Assembly: GCA_044222065.1 (NCBI GenBank)
Contig: JBGAOA010000003.1
Span: forward strand, 48,959 to 112,958
Direction of reading: 5' to 3'
DNA length: 64,000 nt
From: Candidatus Eiseniibacteriota bacterium
GTDB lineage: Bacteria > Eisenbacteria > RBG-16-71-46
The notes under the pieces are model-generated. The model saw only the letters and a program-made list of their open reading frames with translations, ran no database searches and had not been told where the DNA came from. Shown here in pieces: positions 27,968 through 37,466 of the stretch. The position numbers and the translations under genes are program-made. Each line of letters starts with the position of its first letter. Within the stretch, counting starts at the first letter, position 1.

Positions 27968-29692
27968 ATGAGCGGTCTCGCGGCACCTCGGATCCCAGCG
28001 GGAGGCCGGCGCGCGCCGCGCGGCGCCGGGCGGCCTGCCGGGCCGCCGGCCGCACCGCGCGATCCCGCGCTCCTCGCTGGCGCACTCGCCGCCGTCGTGA
28101 CGGCGATCGCGCTCTGGATCTTCCGCCGCGCGCTCGACGGCTACTTCTCGCCCGACGAGTTCATCTTCCTCGAGCGCGCACGAGGACTCGCCACGTGGGC
28201 CGCGACGCCGTGGCGCGCGCTCTCGGGGCCGGCCTACTGGAATGCCGCGCTGCGCCTCTTCGGCACCGACCCCGCGCCGTACCACGCGGTCGTGTGGACG
28301 CTCCACGGGCTCAACGTTCTGCTGCTGTTCTCGCTCGCGCGCCGCCTCGGCTCCTCGCTCGCGGTCGCGACACTCGCGGCCGGTCTCTTCGGCGCCACCC
28401 GGCTCTCGTACGTCGCGGTCTACCTCTCGGCCTCGGTCGGCGAGCTGGCATCGCTCGCGCTCGCGCTCGGCGCGCTGCTCGTGGCTCTCGGGCGGCTGCG
28501 CACGCGGGCGCCGATCGCGGCGGCGATGTTCGCGTGCGCGCTGCTCTGCAAGGAGAGCGTCGCGCCGCTTCCGCTCGTGCTGCTCTTCGTACGGGCGCAC
28601 GGGACGTCGCCGGCGGATGCCGTCGGGGCCCGCCTGCGAGCGCGCTTCGCCGTCGTACTGCCGCTCCTCGTCGTGAACCTCGCCTTCGCCGCGCTCCTGT
28701 TCGCGTTCGATCGCACGCCGGGCGGGCTCGGCGGACCGGCCTACGCCTGGCGTCTCGGTTCGAACCTGGTCCTGAATCTCGGCGACTATGCGGCCGCCGC
28801 ACTCGACCTCGCCACGCCGGCGCCCGACCCGGCGCTCGCGCTCCACACGGTGGCGGGTCTCGTCGCGCTCGCGCTGCTCGCGATCGCCGCGTCAGTCGTC
28901 TGGCGCCGCTCGCGTCTCCCCGCGCTCGGCCTCGCGGGCTTCGTGCTCGGGCTCGCGACCGTGCTGCCGCTCGTCACGACGCGGAACCTCCACTACCTGT
29001 ACTCGCCGACCGCGTTCCTCGCGCTCGCCGTCGCGTCGCTCGCGTTCTCGCCGCTCGAAGCGGCGTGGTCGGCGCCGGCGGCCGCACGCCGCGCGGCGAT
29101 CGTCGCCGCGCTCGTGCTCGTCTCCGCGCACGCCGCGCTCACCGAGTCGCGCCTGGCCGCGCGCCACGCGGCACGCACCGCGACGCCGCCGCTCGCGCAG
29201 GACAACCTGCTCCGCCGCTGGGAATTCGCGCGCAACGTCGTCGAATCCCTGCGCCGACAATTCCCGCGCGACACCGTGCGCCTCGGCTGGATTCGCCCCG
29301 AGGGCACGACCGTCGAGCTGAGCGCGCGAACGGGCGAGGGGCTCGCAGGCGCGCCGGCGGCCCGGGCGCCGCGCGTCGATTTCGCCGATGCCGTGCTCGA
29401 TCACGGTCGCGCGATTCCTGCGATGCTCCCGAACGTGCGCGACGTGCTCATGACGCGCGGCTGGGAAGCGGCGCTCGCGGGTCGCGTCCTTTTCACGAAC
29501 GAGCCGAGCGGGAGGCCCGTCGTGCTCGGCCGCGCCCCGCGCGCTCATCGGCTCGTCGCGCGGCTCTGGGAGCGGAACGCCCGGCGCGAAGAGGCGATCC
29601 GCTACCTCGAAGGCGCCATCGCTGCGGGCGAGGGGGGCGCGGAGGTCGAGTCGACGCTCGCGGGACTGCGCGCTCGCGCCGGCGCGCGCTGA
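27968..29692 (+). CDS. Multi-pass membrane protein, GT-C-type (ArnT/PMT-like) glycosyltransferase candidate
   Basis: Acidic DE after first TM (FSPDEF), YH...LH.LN, ALLCKE, R..YL; soluble C-terminal domain. Confidence 0.6.
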   Translation: MSGLAAPRIPAGGRRAPRGAGRPAGPPAAPRDPALLAGALAAVVTAIALWIFRRALDGYFSPDEFIFLERARGLATWAATPWRALSGPAYWNAALRLFGTDPAPYHAVVWTLHGLNVLLLFSLARRLGSSLAVATLAAGLFGATRLSYVAVYLSASVGELASLALALGALLVALGRLRTRAPIAAAMFACALLCKESVAPLPLVLLFVRAHGTSPADAVGARLRARFAVVLPLLVVNLAFAALLFAFDRTPGGLGGPAYAWRLGSNLVLNLGDYAAAALDLATPAPDPALALHTVAGLVALALLAIAASVVWRRSRLPALGLAGFVLGLATVLPLVTTRNLHYLYSPTAFLALAVASLAFSPLEAAWSAPAAARRAAIVAALVLVSAHAALTESRLAARHAARTATPPLAQDNLLRRWEFARNVVESLRRQFPRDTVRLGWIRPEGTTVELSARTGEGLAGAPAARAPRVDFADAVLDHGRAIPAMLPNVRDVLMTRGWEAALAGRVLFTNEPSGRPVVLGRAPRAHRLVARLWERNARREEAIRYLEGAIAAGEGGAEVESTLAGLRARAGAR

Positions 29693-29769
29693 GCGCGGGC
29701 GAACGGGGCCGGCGCCTCGTCGCGGCCGCGGCGTTCGTGGCGGGCGTCGTCGCGCTGGCGTTTGCGTGA
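29688..29769 (+). repeat. Direct repeat copy 2 (82 bp; orphan EamA 3' end)
   Basis: gctgagcgcgggcgaacggggccggcgcctcgtc...gcgtttgcgtga; 4 mismatches to copy 1. Confidence 0.9.
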
Positions 29770-29779
29770 AGTCCCGCCG

Positions 29780-30454
29780 TCAGGCGCCCCGTCTGGAAAT
29801 CACGACGTGCGTCGCCTTCTCGGACGCCGCGCGCTCCGTCACCTCGTAGCCCAGGGCCGCGAGGTCGAGGCCTTCGAACAGCGGCTCGCCGCTTCCGAGC
29901 AGCACGGGCGCGATCGCGAGGTGCATCTCATCCACGAGCCGCGCCTTCAGGTACTGGCGGATCGTGCTTGCGCCGCCGCCGAGCCGCACGTCGCGCGCGC
30001 CCGCGGCCGCCTTCGCACGCGCGAGCGCCGCTTCGATGCCGTCCGTGACGAAATGGAACGTCGTGCCGCCCTTCATCTCGAGCGGCGGACGCGCGTGGTG
30101 CGTCAGCACGAACACCGGCACGTGATAGGGCGGCGTCTCGCCCCACCAGCCGCGCCACGAGTGGTCCGGCCACGGGCCGCGCACGGGGCCGAACATGTTC
30201 CGGCCGAGGATCCACGCGCCGAGGTTCTCGACGCCGCGCGCCGCCCACGCGTCGTCGAGGCCGGTCGCGCCGCTCGCGGCCGCGGGATCCGCTCCGGTCA
30301 TCTCGGCGTGCATGCGCTGGAACGTGCGCGTCGGAAAGACCCACTCGTGGAGCGCCATGCCGCCGGCTCCCATCGGCTGATCGAGGCGCTGGTCGCGCCC
30401 CGCGCCGAAACCGTCGAGGGACACGCTGAATGCCTGCACGCGGAGTCGCGACAT
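29780..30454 (-). CDS. Dihydrofolate reductase/RibD C-terminal family protein
   Basis: SVSLDGF, ILGRNMF, PVFVLTH, GGASTIRQYL...DEMHLAIAPVLLGSG; ATG 30454 after AAAGGAA. Confidence 0.87.
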   Translation of the reverse strand: MSRLRVQAFSVSLDGFGAGRDQRLDQPMGAGGMALHEWVFPTRTFQRMHAEMTGADPAAASGATGLDDAWAARGVENLGAWILGRNMFGPVRGPWPDHSWRGWWGETPPYHVPVFVLTHHARPPLEMKGGTTFHFVTDGIEAALARAKAAAGARDVRLGGGASTIRQYLKARLVDEMHLAIAPVLLGSGEPLFEGLDLAALGYEVTERAASEKATHVVISRRGA

Positions 30455-30523
30455 GCTCCGTTCCTTTCGTTGCGGGTCCGGGACGGCCGCGGCGTCCGCA
30501 CCGCGGGCGTGCACGTTCGATCG

Positions 30524-30940
30524 TTACTCGCTCGCCGCGAGGCGCTCGACGTCGGCGAGCACGCGATGGAGCCGTGCGCTCACTTCGTTCGCGATCTCGG
30601 CGATGCCGGGCGCGTCCACGATCTGGCTCATCACCTTCGGCTCCATCGCCGTCACGACGCGGTGCGTGCCCTCGTCCCACACGACGACGTTGCACGGCAG
30701 CAGCACGCCGACGTGCGGCTCGGCCTCGAGCGCGCGGTGCGCGAACGGCGGATTGCAGGCGCCGAGGATCTTGTAGGCCTTCGTCTCGATGCCGAGTTTC
30801 TTCTGCAGCGTCTGCTTCACGTCGATCTCGGTCAGCACGCCGAAGCCTTCGCGCTGCAGCGCCTCGGTCGCGAGCCGGATCGCGTCTTCGTAGCTCGCCT
30901 TCGTCGTGATCTCGAAAGCGTACGTGCCGGTCGTCTTCAT
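30524..30940 (-). CDS. DUF302 domain protein
   Basis: GFGVLTEID...ILGACNP..A..AL......G.LLPCNVVV; ATG 30940 after GAGAGG. Confidence 0.87.
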   Translation of the reverse strand: MKTTGTYAFEITTKASYEDAIRLATEALQREGFGVLTEIDVKQTLQKKLGIETKAYKILGACNPPFAHRALEAEPHVGVLLPCNVVVWDEGTHRVVTAMEPKVMSQIVDAPGIAEIANEVSARLHRVLADVERLAASE

Positions 30941-31099
30941 CGCCGTCCTCTCGTGTCGAACGTTGGGGCCGGACGGGCCCACGGGGGTCGTCGCGGCCGG
31001 AGACTCGCGCGCCGCGGGCCGTTCCGCAAGCCGCGCCGCGTCTGCTAAGGTGCGCCCCGGCCCGCGTTCCGAGCGGTCGGAACGCCCCCGGAGACCCTG

Positions 31100-31900
31100 A
31101 TGAGCCCGCTCGTCGAAGTCGTTCGCGACCGCGCGGTCGCGCGCGTGTGGTTCAACCGCCCCGAAGTGCACAACGCGCTCTCGGCCGAACTCGGCGGCGC
31201 GCTCGCGGACGCGCTGCACGCGCTCGCGAGCGACGCCGCGGTGCGCGTCGTCGTGCTCGGCGGCCGCGGGCCGTCGTTCTGCGCCGGCGCCGACATCGGC
31301 GCGATGAAGGCGTCGGCCTCGATGTCGTTCGAGGCGAACTTCGCCGAGGCGCAGAAGCTCGGCGGCGTGTTCGCGGCGCTCGCCGACTTTCCGAAGCCGG
31401 TCGTCGGCCGCGTGCACGGCGGCGTGTACGGCGGCGGCGTCGGGTTCTGCTGCGCGTGCGACCTCGCGATCGCGAGCGACGACGCGAAGTTCGGACTCAC
31501 CGAGGTGCGGCTCGGCATCGTGCCCGCGCTCATCAGCCCGTACGTGATCCGCCGCCTCGGCGACCGGCGCGCGCGCGAGGCGATGCTCACGGGCGAGCGC
31601 TTCGGCGCCGCGCGCGCGCTGGAGCTCGGCATCGTGAATGCGGTCGTGCCCGCCGCCGGGCTCGACGCGGCGGTGGACGAGCGCGTCGCGGCGCTGCTCG
31701 AGGGCGGCCCCGAGGCGCAGAAGCGCATCAAGGCGCTGCTCGACCGCTGGGCCGATTCGACGTGGGAGGAGTACCGCTCGTCGCTGCCGCGCACGCTCGC
31801 CGAAGTGCGTTCGGGCGACGAAGCGAAGGAAGGGCTGTCGGCGTTCTTCGAGAAGCGCAAGCCGAAGTGGACCGAGGGATCGGAGGGAACCGCATCATGA
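31100..31900 (+). CDS. liuC: Enoyl-CoA hydratase, likely methylglutaconyl-CoA hydratase
   Basis: NRPEVHNA, FCAGADI, GGGVG, LTEVRLGIVPALISPYV, EGLSAFFEKRKPKW; adjacent to MCC alpha genes. Confidence 0.75.
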   Translation: MSPLVEVVRDRAVARVWFNRPEVHNALSAELGGALADALHALASDAAVRVVVLGGRGPSFCAGADIGAMKASASMSFEANFAEAQKLGGVFAALADFPKPVVGRVHGGVYGGGVGFCCACDLAIASDDAKFGLTEVRLGIVPALISPYVIRRLGDRRAREAMLTGERFGAARALELGIVNAVVPAAGLDAAVDERVAALLEGGPEAQKRIKALLDRWADSTWEEYRSSLPRTLAEVRSGDEAKEGLSAFFEKRKPKWTEGSEGTAS

Positions 31901-32739
31901 CGAAACGGATCTTCGGAGCCTCCGCGATCGGAACGCTCGCGCTGCTCGCGACGCTCGCGGGCTGCGGCGGCGGCGGCAGCGGCGATGCGCCGACCGGGCC
32001 CGTGCTGCCGCCGAGCGGCACCGCGCAGGACCTCGCGAACATGATCTCGGGCTCGTTCGTCGCCGGCGCCGTGCTGCCGACGAACGTGGACACGACCGCG
32101 AGCCTGCTCGCGACGATGAACGTGAACGGCCTGCGCGCGGGGCTCGTGCTGCTGCTGTCGCCGACGACGGGACTGCAGGACGGCGGCGCGATCTCGCTGC
32201 GCACCGGGCTCGCGGGCTCGACGAGCGAGACCGCGCTCGACAAGCTCCAGCTGCGAGTCTCCGGCCTGATCCAGACCGTGTACACGACGCTGCCGAGCCA
32301 CCCGCTCGGCGTCGTGCTGCCGTTCGACGCCACGACGCACCACCGCTTCACGGTGCCGGGTGGCACGGGCGTCACGGCGTTCGAGGACAGCGTGCTGTCG
32401 GTGACGTTGCCCGCGATCGCGTCGCCCGCGGCGAGCGCGACCGTGAGCCGCGCGGCGGATCTCGTCGTGAGCTGGTCCAATGCCGGCGCCGACACGACCG
32501 TTTACTGCCTCGCGCTCGTGCGGTCGCAGGTGGACACGACGATGGGCGCGATCAGCGCGCTCGTGCGCGACCCGGACGCGCAGACGACGATCACGACCGC
32601 GCGGCTCTCCACGCTGCCCGCGGGTGCGGCGCGCCTCGCGCTCGCCCGCTTCCGGCTCGTCCACCACTCGGTCGCGGGCGGCCGCAAGGCCGACCTCGTG
32701 AGCGAGGCGGTCGAGACGCGCTCGATCACGCTCAACTAG
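31897..32739 (+). CDS. Hypothetical lipoprotein
   Basis: ATGA overlap with liuC; lipobox LAGC followed by GGGGS linker; Thr-rich beta-type mature part. Confidence 0.7.
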   Translation: MTKRIFGASAIGTLALLATLAGCGGGGSGDAPTGPVLPPSGTAQDLANMISGSFVAGAVLPTNVDTTASLLATMNVNGLRAGLVLLLSPTTGLQDGGAISLRTGLAGSTSETALDKLQLRVSGLIQTVYTTLPSHPLGVVLPFDATTHHRFTVPGGTGVTAFEDSVLSVTLPAIASPAASATVSRAADLVVSWSNAGADTTVYCLALVRSQVDTTMGAISALVRDPDAQTTITTARLSTLPAGAARLALARFRLVHHSVAGGRKADLVSEAVETRSITLN

Positions 32740-32755
32740 GGACGATGCCACCACC

Positions 32756-34264
32756 ATGTTCCGCAAGGTGCTGATCGCGAACCGCGGCGAGATCGCGTGC
32801 CGCGTCGCGGGGTCGCTGCGCGAGATGGGCGTCTCGCCCGTCGCGGTGTACTCCGCGGCCGACCGCGAGGCGCTGCACGTGCGCGTCGTGGACGAGGCGG
32901 TCGAGCTCGGCGCCGCCGAGCCGCGCGCGTCGTACCTGAACGTCGAGGCGATCGTCGCCGCCGCGAAGCGCGTCGGCGCCGAGGCGATCCACCCGGGCTA
33001 CGGGTTCCTGTCCGAGAACGCGGCGTTCGCCGAAGCGGTCGAGGCGGCCGGGCTCACGTTCATCGGGCCGACGCCGGAGCAGATCCGCGCGATGGGGGAC
33101 AAGCGCGCGGCGCGCGCGCTCGCCGTGAAGGCGAAGGTGCCCGTCGTGCCCGGCGCCGAGAGCGGCGATCCCGCCGTGCTCGCGAAGGAAGCGGCGAAGA
33201 TCGGCTTCCCGGTGCTCGTGAAGGCGGCGCTCGGCGGCGGCGGCAAGGGCATGCGCGTCGTCGAGAACGCGCGCGAACTCGCCGAGGCGATCGAGAGCGC
33301 GCAGCGCGTCGCGGCCTCGGCGTTCGGCGACGCCGCGGTGTTCGTCGAGAAGCGCGTCGAGCGCGCGCGCCACGTCGAGGTGCAGGTGCTCGGCGACGGG
33401 CACGGCAACGTCGTGCACCTCGGCGAACGCGAGTGCTCGCTCCAGCGCCGGCACCAGAAAGTGATCGAGGAGTGCCCGTCGCCGGCCGTGGACGCGAAGC
33501 TGCGCGAGAAGCTCACGACCGCGGCGCTCGCGCTCGCGCGTTCCGTGAAGTACCGCGGCGCCGGCACGCTCGAGTTCCTGCTCGCCGAAGACGGCGCGTT
33601 CTACTTCCTCGAGATGAACACGCGGCTCCAGGTCGAGCACCCGGTCACGGAACTCGTCACCGGCATCGACCTCGCGCGCTCGCAGGTCCGCGTCGCCGCG
33701 GAAGGGAAGCTGCCGTTCGCGCAGGACGAGGTCGTGCTGCACGGCTCGGCGATCGAGGCGCGCGTCTACGCCGAGGACGCGGCGCGCGGCTTCCTGCCGC
33801 AGGCGGGGCAGGCGCTGCGCGTCCACTGGCCGCGCATGCCGTTCGTGCGCGTGGACGCCGGCATCGAGACCGGCGACCACGTGCCGGTGCACTACGACCC
33901 GATCCTCGGCAAGGTGATCGCGCACGGGCGCGCGCGCCCGCAGGCGCTCGCGCGTCTCGGCGCGGCCCTGGATCGCGTGCGCATCCACGGTGTCGTGACG
34001 AACCTGCCGTTCCTGCGCGCACTCGCGCACTCGCCCGCGGTCGAGCGCGCGGCGTTCGACACCGAGTGGATCGAGCGCGAGTTCCTCGCCGGCTTCACGG
34101 CGCTCGCGAACGCGCCCGCGCCGGAACTCGCGCTCGCCGCGGCGGCGCTCGCCGAGCTGCTCGGCGTGTCGCGCGCGCCGGGTGTGACGCCGATCGAGCG
34201 CGGCGCGTCGCCCGCCGAGGCGTTCCGCACGACGGGACACTGGCGCCAGCCGGGGCTCGCGTGA
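32756..34264 (+). CDS. mccA: Biotin carboxylase subunit (methylcrotonyl-/acyl-CoA carboxylase alpha, BC part)
   Basis: KVLIANRGEIA, IHPGYGFLSEN, GGGGKGMR, RECSLQRRHQK, EMNTRLQVEHPVTE. Confidence 0.85.
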   Translation: MFRKVLIANRGEIACRVAGSLREMGVSPVAVYSAADREALHVRVVDEAVELGAAEPRASYLNVEAIVAAAKRVGAEAIHPGYGFLSENAAFAEAVEAAGLTFIGPTPEQIRAMGDKRAARALAVKAKVPVVPGAESGDPAVLAKEAAKIGFPVLVKAALGGGGKGMRVVENARELAEAIESAQRVAASAFGDAAVFVEKRVERARHVEVQVLGDGHGNVVHLGERECSLQRRHQKVIEECPSPAVDAKLREKLTTAALALARSVKYRGAGTLEFLLAEDGAFYFLEMNTRLQVEHPVTELVTGIDLARSQVRVAAEGKLPFAQDEVVLHGSAIEARVYAEDAARGFLPQAGQALRVHWPRMPFVRVDAGIETGDHVPVHYDPILGKVIAHGRARPQALARLGAALDRVRIHGVVTNLPFLRALAHSPAVERAAFDTEWIEREFLAGFTALANAPAPELALAAAALAELLGVSRAPGVTPIERGASPAEAFRTTGHWRQPGLA

Positions 34265-34265
34265 C

Positions 34266-34763
34266 GTGAAGAGCCTGTGGAAGGACGGCGACCGCACGCG
34301 CGAGGTCGAGATCGAGGCGCAGGGCTCGGGCTGCTGGCGCGTGAAGGTGGACGGCGTCGCGCTCGAGCTGTGCGTGGAGACGCTTCCGAACGGCGACCTC
34401 AGGCTCGCCGAACCCGAGCGCGGCCGCGTGACGATGGCCGAGGTGACGGCCGCGGGCGCGCGGCGCTTCGTGCACCTCGCCGGCGCGGACTACGTGATCG
34501 AGCGCGAGTCGGGCGGGCGGCCGCGCGGGCGCGCGGGCAGCGGCAGCCTCGAGGCGCCCATGCCGGGCGTCGTCACGCGCGTGATGGTCGCGGCCGGCGA
34601 TGACGTGAAGCAGGGGCAGCCGCTCGTCGCGATCGAGGCGATGAAGATGGAGCACGTGATCCGCGCGCCGCGCGACGGACGAGTGAAGAGCGTCGCCGCG
34701 CGCACGGGTGAGATGGTCAATCCGGGCCTCGCGCTCGTCGAACTAGAACCCGAGGCGGTCTGA
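34266..34763 (+). CDS. Biotin carboxyl carrier protein (BT-BCCP part of carboxylase alpha)
   Basis: APMPG and biotinylation motif EAMKME. Confidence 0.88.
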   Translation: MKSLWKDGDRTREVEIEAQGSGCWRVKVDGVALELCVETLPNGDLRLAEPERGRVTMAEVTAAGARRFVHLAGADYVIERESGGRPRGRAGSGSLEAPMPGVVTRVMVAAGDDVKQGQPLVAIEAMKMEHVIRAPRDGRVKSVAARTGEMVNPGLALVELEPEAV

Positions 34764-34925
34764 GCGACCCGAGGTGCGGGCGACATTCGCCGCGTCCCCC
34801 GGATTTCGCCTCACCGGCCCGCACGAACCGGGCGTAAACTTCCGCCCGAGTCCCCGCTCCGGCCGCGGAGATCGCGGTCGCTTCCGGGCGCCGTGCCGCT
34901 GCCACGCCGCCTCTCGGAGTTCGTC

Positions 34926-37466
34926 ATGACCCGCGTCCCGATTCCGGGCGCGCGCCCCTCGCCGTCGCTCGCGGAACCTCGCACCGCGAGTCCCGGCCCG
35001 ATCGGTCGTGCGTTCGCGCTCGCCCTCGCCGCGCTCGCGCTGTTCGCGATGCCCTCGTTCACTCGCGCCGAGATCGTCTTCGACTCGCGCTTCCGCCTCG
35101 CCGATCTCGCCGCCCAGCCCCGCGGCCTCGCGACCGGCGACTTCAACGGTGACGGCCGCGCCGACGCCTGCGTCGCGACCGGGCTCGGTCCGTCGTACAT
35201 CGAGATCGTGCTCGCGGGCCCCGACGGCGCACCGCTCGTGCCGTGGCGCATCACGCCCGGGCTCGGCGCCTCCGAGGTCGCGGTCGGCGACGTGAACGAG
35301 GACGGCCTGCTCGATGCGATCGCCGGGTCGACCGCGGGATTCAGCGTGCTGTTCGGCAACGGCGACGGCACGCTCGTCGACGGTCCGACGGTCGCGCACG
35401 GGCTCCAGCCCTCACTCGGCCTCGTGCTCGCGGACGTCAACGGCGACGGGCACCGCGACGTCGTGTCGGTCGCGGTGAGCTCGAGCGAGCTCCGGACGTT
35501 CTTCGGCGTCGGCGACGGGACGTTCCAGGCGCCGGTGCCCGACACGCTGTTCGGCTCCATTCGCGGGCTCGCGAGCGGACGACTGAACGGCGACGCGCGC
35601 GACGATCTCGCGTGCCTCGTGGGCGGCATCGTCGGCTACTGGCAGGCGACGGCGCTGCTCGGGCGCGCGGACGGTCACTTCGACTTGTCGGACGACTTCC
35701 CGTTCTCGTACGGAACGTCCGATCCCGGCCCGATCGGACTGCTCGCGGACCTCGACGGCGACACCGATCTCGACTACCTGTGCGGACGCGACTGGTTCGC
35801 GCAGGTCCCGGGTTCGGACGGGCGCCCGATCTTCACCTGGAGTTTCGTCCTCGGCGTGACGGGGGACCTGCAGGGCTGCGCGGACGCGAACGACGACGGC
35901 TACCCGGACGTGTTCGACGCGAACGCCGTCACGAGCTACGGCTTCGAGCGTTACCCCGTCGCTCCGACGCCGCAGCCGCCGAGCTTCCACGTGTCGGTCG
36001 AGTCCATCGAGCGTCTCGCGCTCGGCGACGTGAACGGCGATACGTTCCCGGACGTCGTCGTCGCCGGCCAGGGGGGCGCCCACATCGCGTTCCATCGCAA
36101 CGACGGCGAGGGCGGATTCGGCGATGGCATCCCGACGACGATCTTCGGCGGCGCGCCCGCGCCGCTCGAATACGTGGACGTGACGGGCGACGGCGTGCGC
36201 GATGCCGTATTCGCGAACGTGACGAACCCGAACGCGCTGAACGTGCTCCCGGGCACGGCCGGCGGCGGGTGGGGCGTGCCCTACGCGTACGGACCGATCC
36301 CGACGTTCAAGGCGTTCGCGCTCGGCGACCTCGACGGCGACGGCGACCTCGACGCCGTGTTCACGCACCCGGCCGCGAATCGCGTGTCGTGGTGCTACAA
36401 CGGCGGCGGCGCGTTCGGCCCGCGCGACTCGATCGCGGTCGCGAACGGTCCGTACGCGGTCGCGCTCGGCGACGTGACGAACGACGGCGCCCTCGACGCC
36501 GTCGTGACGTGCTCGGGCTTCAACCAGATCGCGCTGCTGCGCAGCACGGGCACGGCGCCGAACGGCGTCGTCGGCTACTTCACGGCCGGCAACAACCCGG
36601 TCGCGATCACGCTCGGCGACCTCACGGGCGACGGGCGGCTCGACGCGTTCGTGCTGTATCGCTCCACCGCGTCCTCGTGTCAGCTCGCGCTGCTGCGCGG
36701 CAACGCGGTCTCGACGTTCCTCGCGCCACAGAACTTCACCGTGAACGGCGCCTCGAAGCCCGTCGGCGTCCGGCTCGCCGAGGTCACGGGCGACACGATC
36801 CCGGACGTCATCGCGCTGACCGAGGCCTCCGCCGCCGTCTACCCGGGACTCGCGACGAACACGCTCGGCGCGCGCGTGTCGCCGACGTCGCCCGTGCGCG
36901 GCGTCTCGATGGACGGCACGCCGACGTTCGCGATCGCGGACTTCGATCGCGACGGCGCGCTCGACCTCGCGATCCCCGATGCGGGCGGCAACGGCGTCGA
37001 GATCCTGCGCGGACTCGGCAACGGCACGTTCGAGCCCGAGCGCGGCTTCGGCGTGGGGCGCGGCGCGCGCGGCTGCGTCGCGCACGACCTCGATGAGAAC
37101 GGAACGCCCGATCTGCTCGTGGCGCTCGCGAGCGAAGGCGCGATCGCGACCGTGATGAACCGCACGCCGCCGCTGAGCGCCGCGCCCGAGTCCGGCGTTG
37201 TCGCGTCCGCGCCGGTCCTGCGCGTGACGCCGAATCCGTCGCGCGGTCCCGTCGCGCTCGAATTCGCGACGGCGGAGACGTCGCCCGTGCGCTTCGAGTG
37301 CTTCGACGTCGCCGGCCGGCGCGTGTGGTTCCAGGTCGTGACGCCCGCGGGCGGCCGCGCGCGCGCCGAGTGGCGGCCCGGCGAGTCGCTCGCCGACGGC
37401 CTCGTGTTCGCGCGTGCGACGCAGTCCGGTCGTTCGGCGGCGGCGCGCATCGCGCGCGTGCGCTGA
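34926..37466 (+). CDS. Secreted FG-GAP/VCBS repeat protein with FlgD-Ig/T9SS-CTD-like tail
   Basis: Signal peptide; many GD(F/V/L)NGDGxxD Ca-binding repeats; tail VTPNPSRGPV.LEF...FDVAGRRV. Confidence 0.85.
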   Translation: MTRVPIPGARPSPSLAEPRTASPGPIGRAFALALAALALFAMPSFTRAEIVFDSRFRLADLAAQPRGLATGDFNGDGRADACVATGLGPSYIEIVLAGPDGAPLVPWRITPGLGASEVAVGDVNEDGLLDAIAGSTAGFSVLFGNGDGTLVDGPTVAHGLQPSLGLVLADVNGDGHRDVVSVAVSSSELRTFFGVGDGTFQAPVPDTLFGSIRGLASGRLNGDARDDLACLVGGIVGYWQATALLGRADGHFDLSDDFPFSYGTSDPGPIGLLADLDGDTDLDYLCGRDWFAQVPGSDGRPIFTWSFVLGVTGDLQGCADANDDGYPDVFDANAVTSYGFERYPVAPTPQPPSFHVSVESIERLALGDVNGDTFPDVVVAGQGGAHIAFHRNDGEGGFGDGIPTTIFGGAPAPLEYVDVTGDGVRDAVFANVTNPNALNVLPGTAGGGWGVPYAYGPIPTFKAFALGDLDGDGDLDAVFTHPAANRVSWCYNGGGAFGPRDSIAVANGPYAVALGDVTNDGALDAVVTCSGFNQIALLRSTGTAPNGVVGYFTAGNNPVAITLGDLTGDGRLDAFVLYRSTASSCQLALLRGNAVSTFLAPQNFTVNGASKPVGVRLAEVTGDTIPDVIALTEASAAVYPGLATNTLGARVSPTSPVRGVSMDGTPTFAIADFDRDGALDLAIPDAGGNGVEILRGLGNGTFEPERGFGVGRGARGCVAHDLDENGTPDLLVALASEGAIATVMNRTPPLSAAPESGVVASAPVLRVTPNPSRGPVALEFATAETSPVRFECFDVAGRRVWFQVVTPAGGRARAEWRPGESLADGLVFARATQSGRSAAARIARVR

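Noticed and set aside
27882..29769. Autonomous mobile element or prophage at the EamA repeat
   Set aside because: No integrase, transposase, terminal inverted repeats or phage genes in the window; kept only as an integration-scar finding
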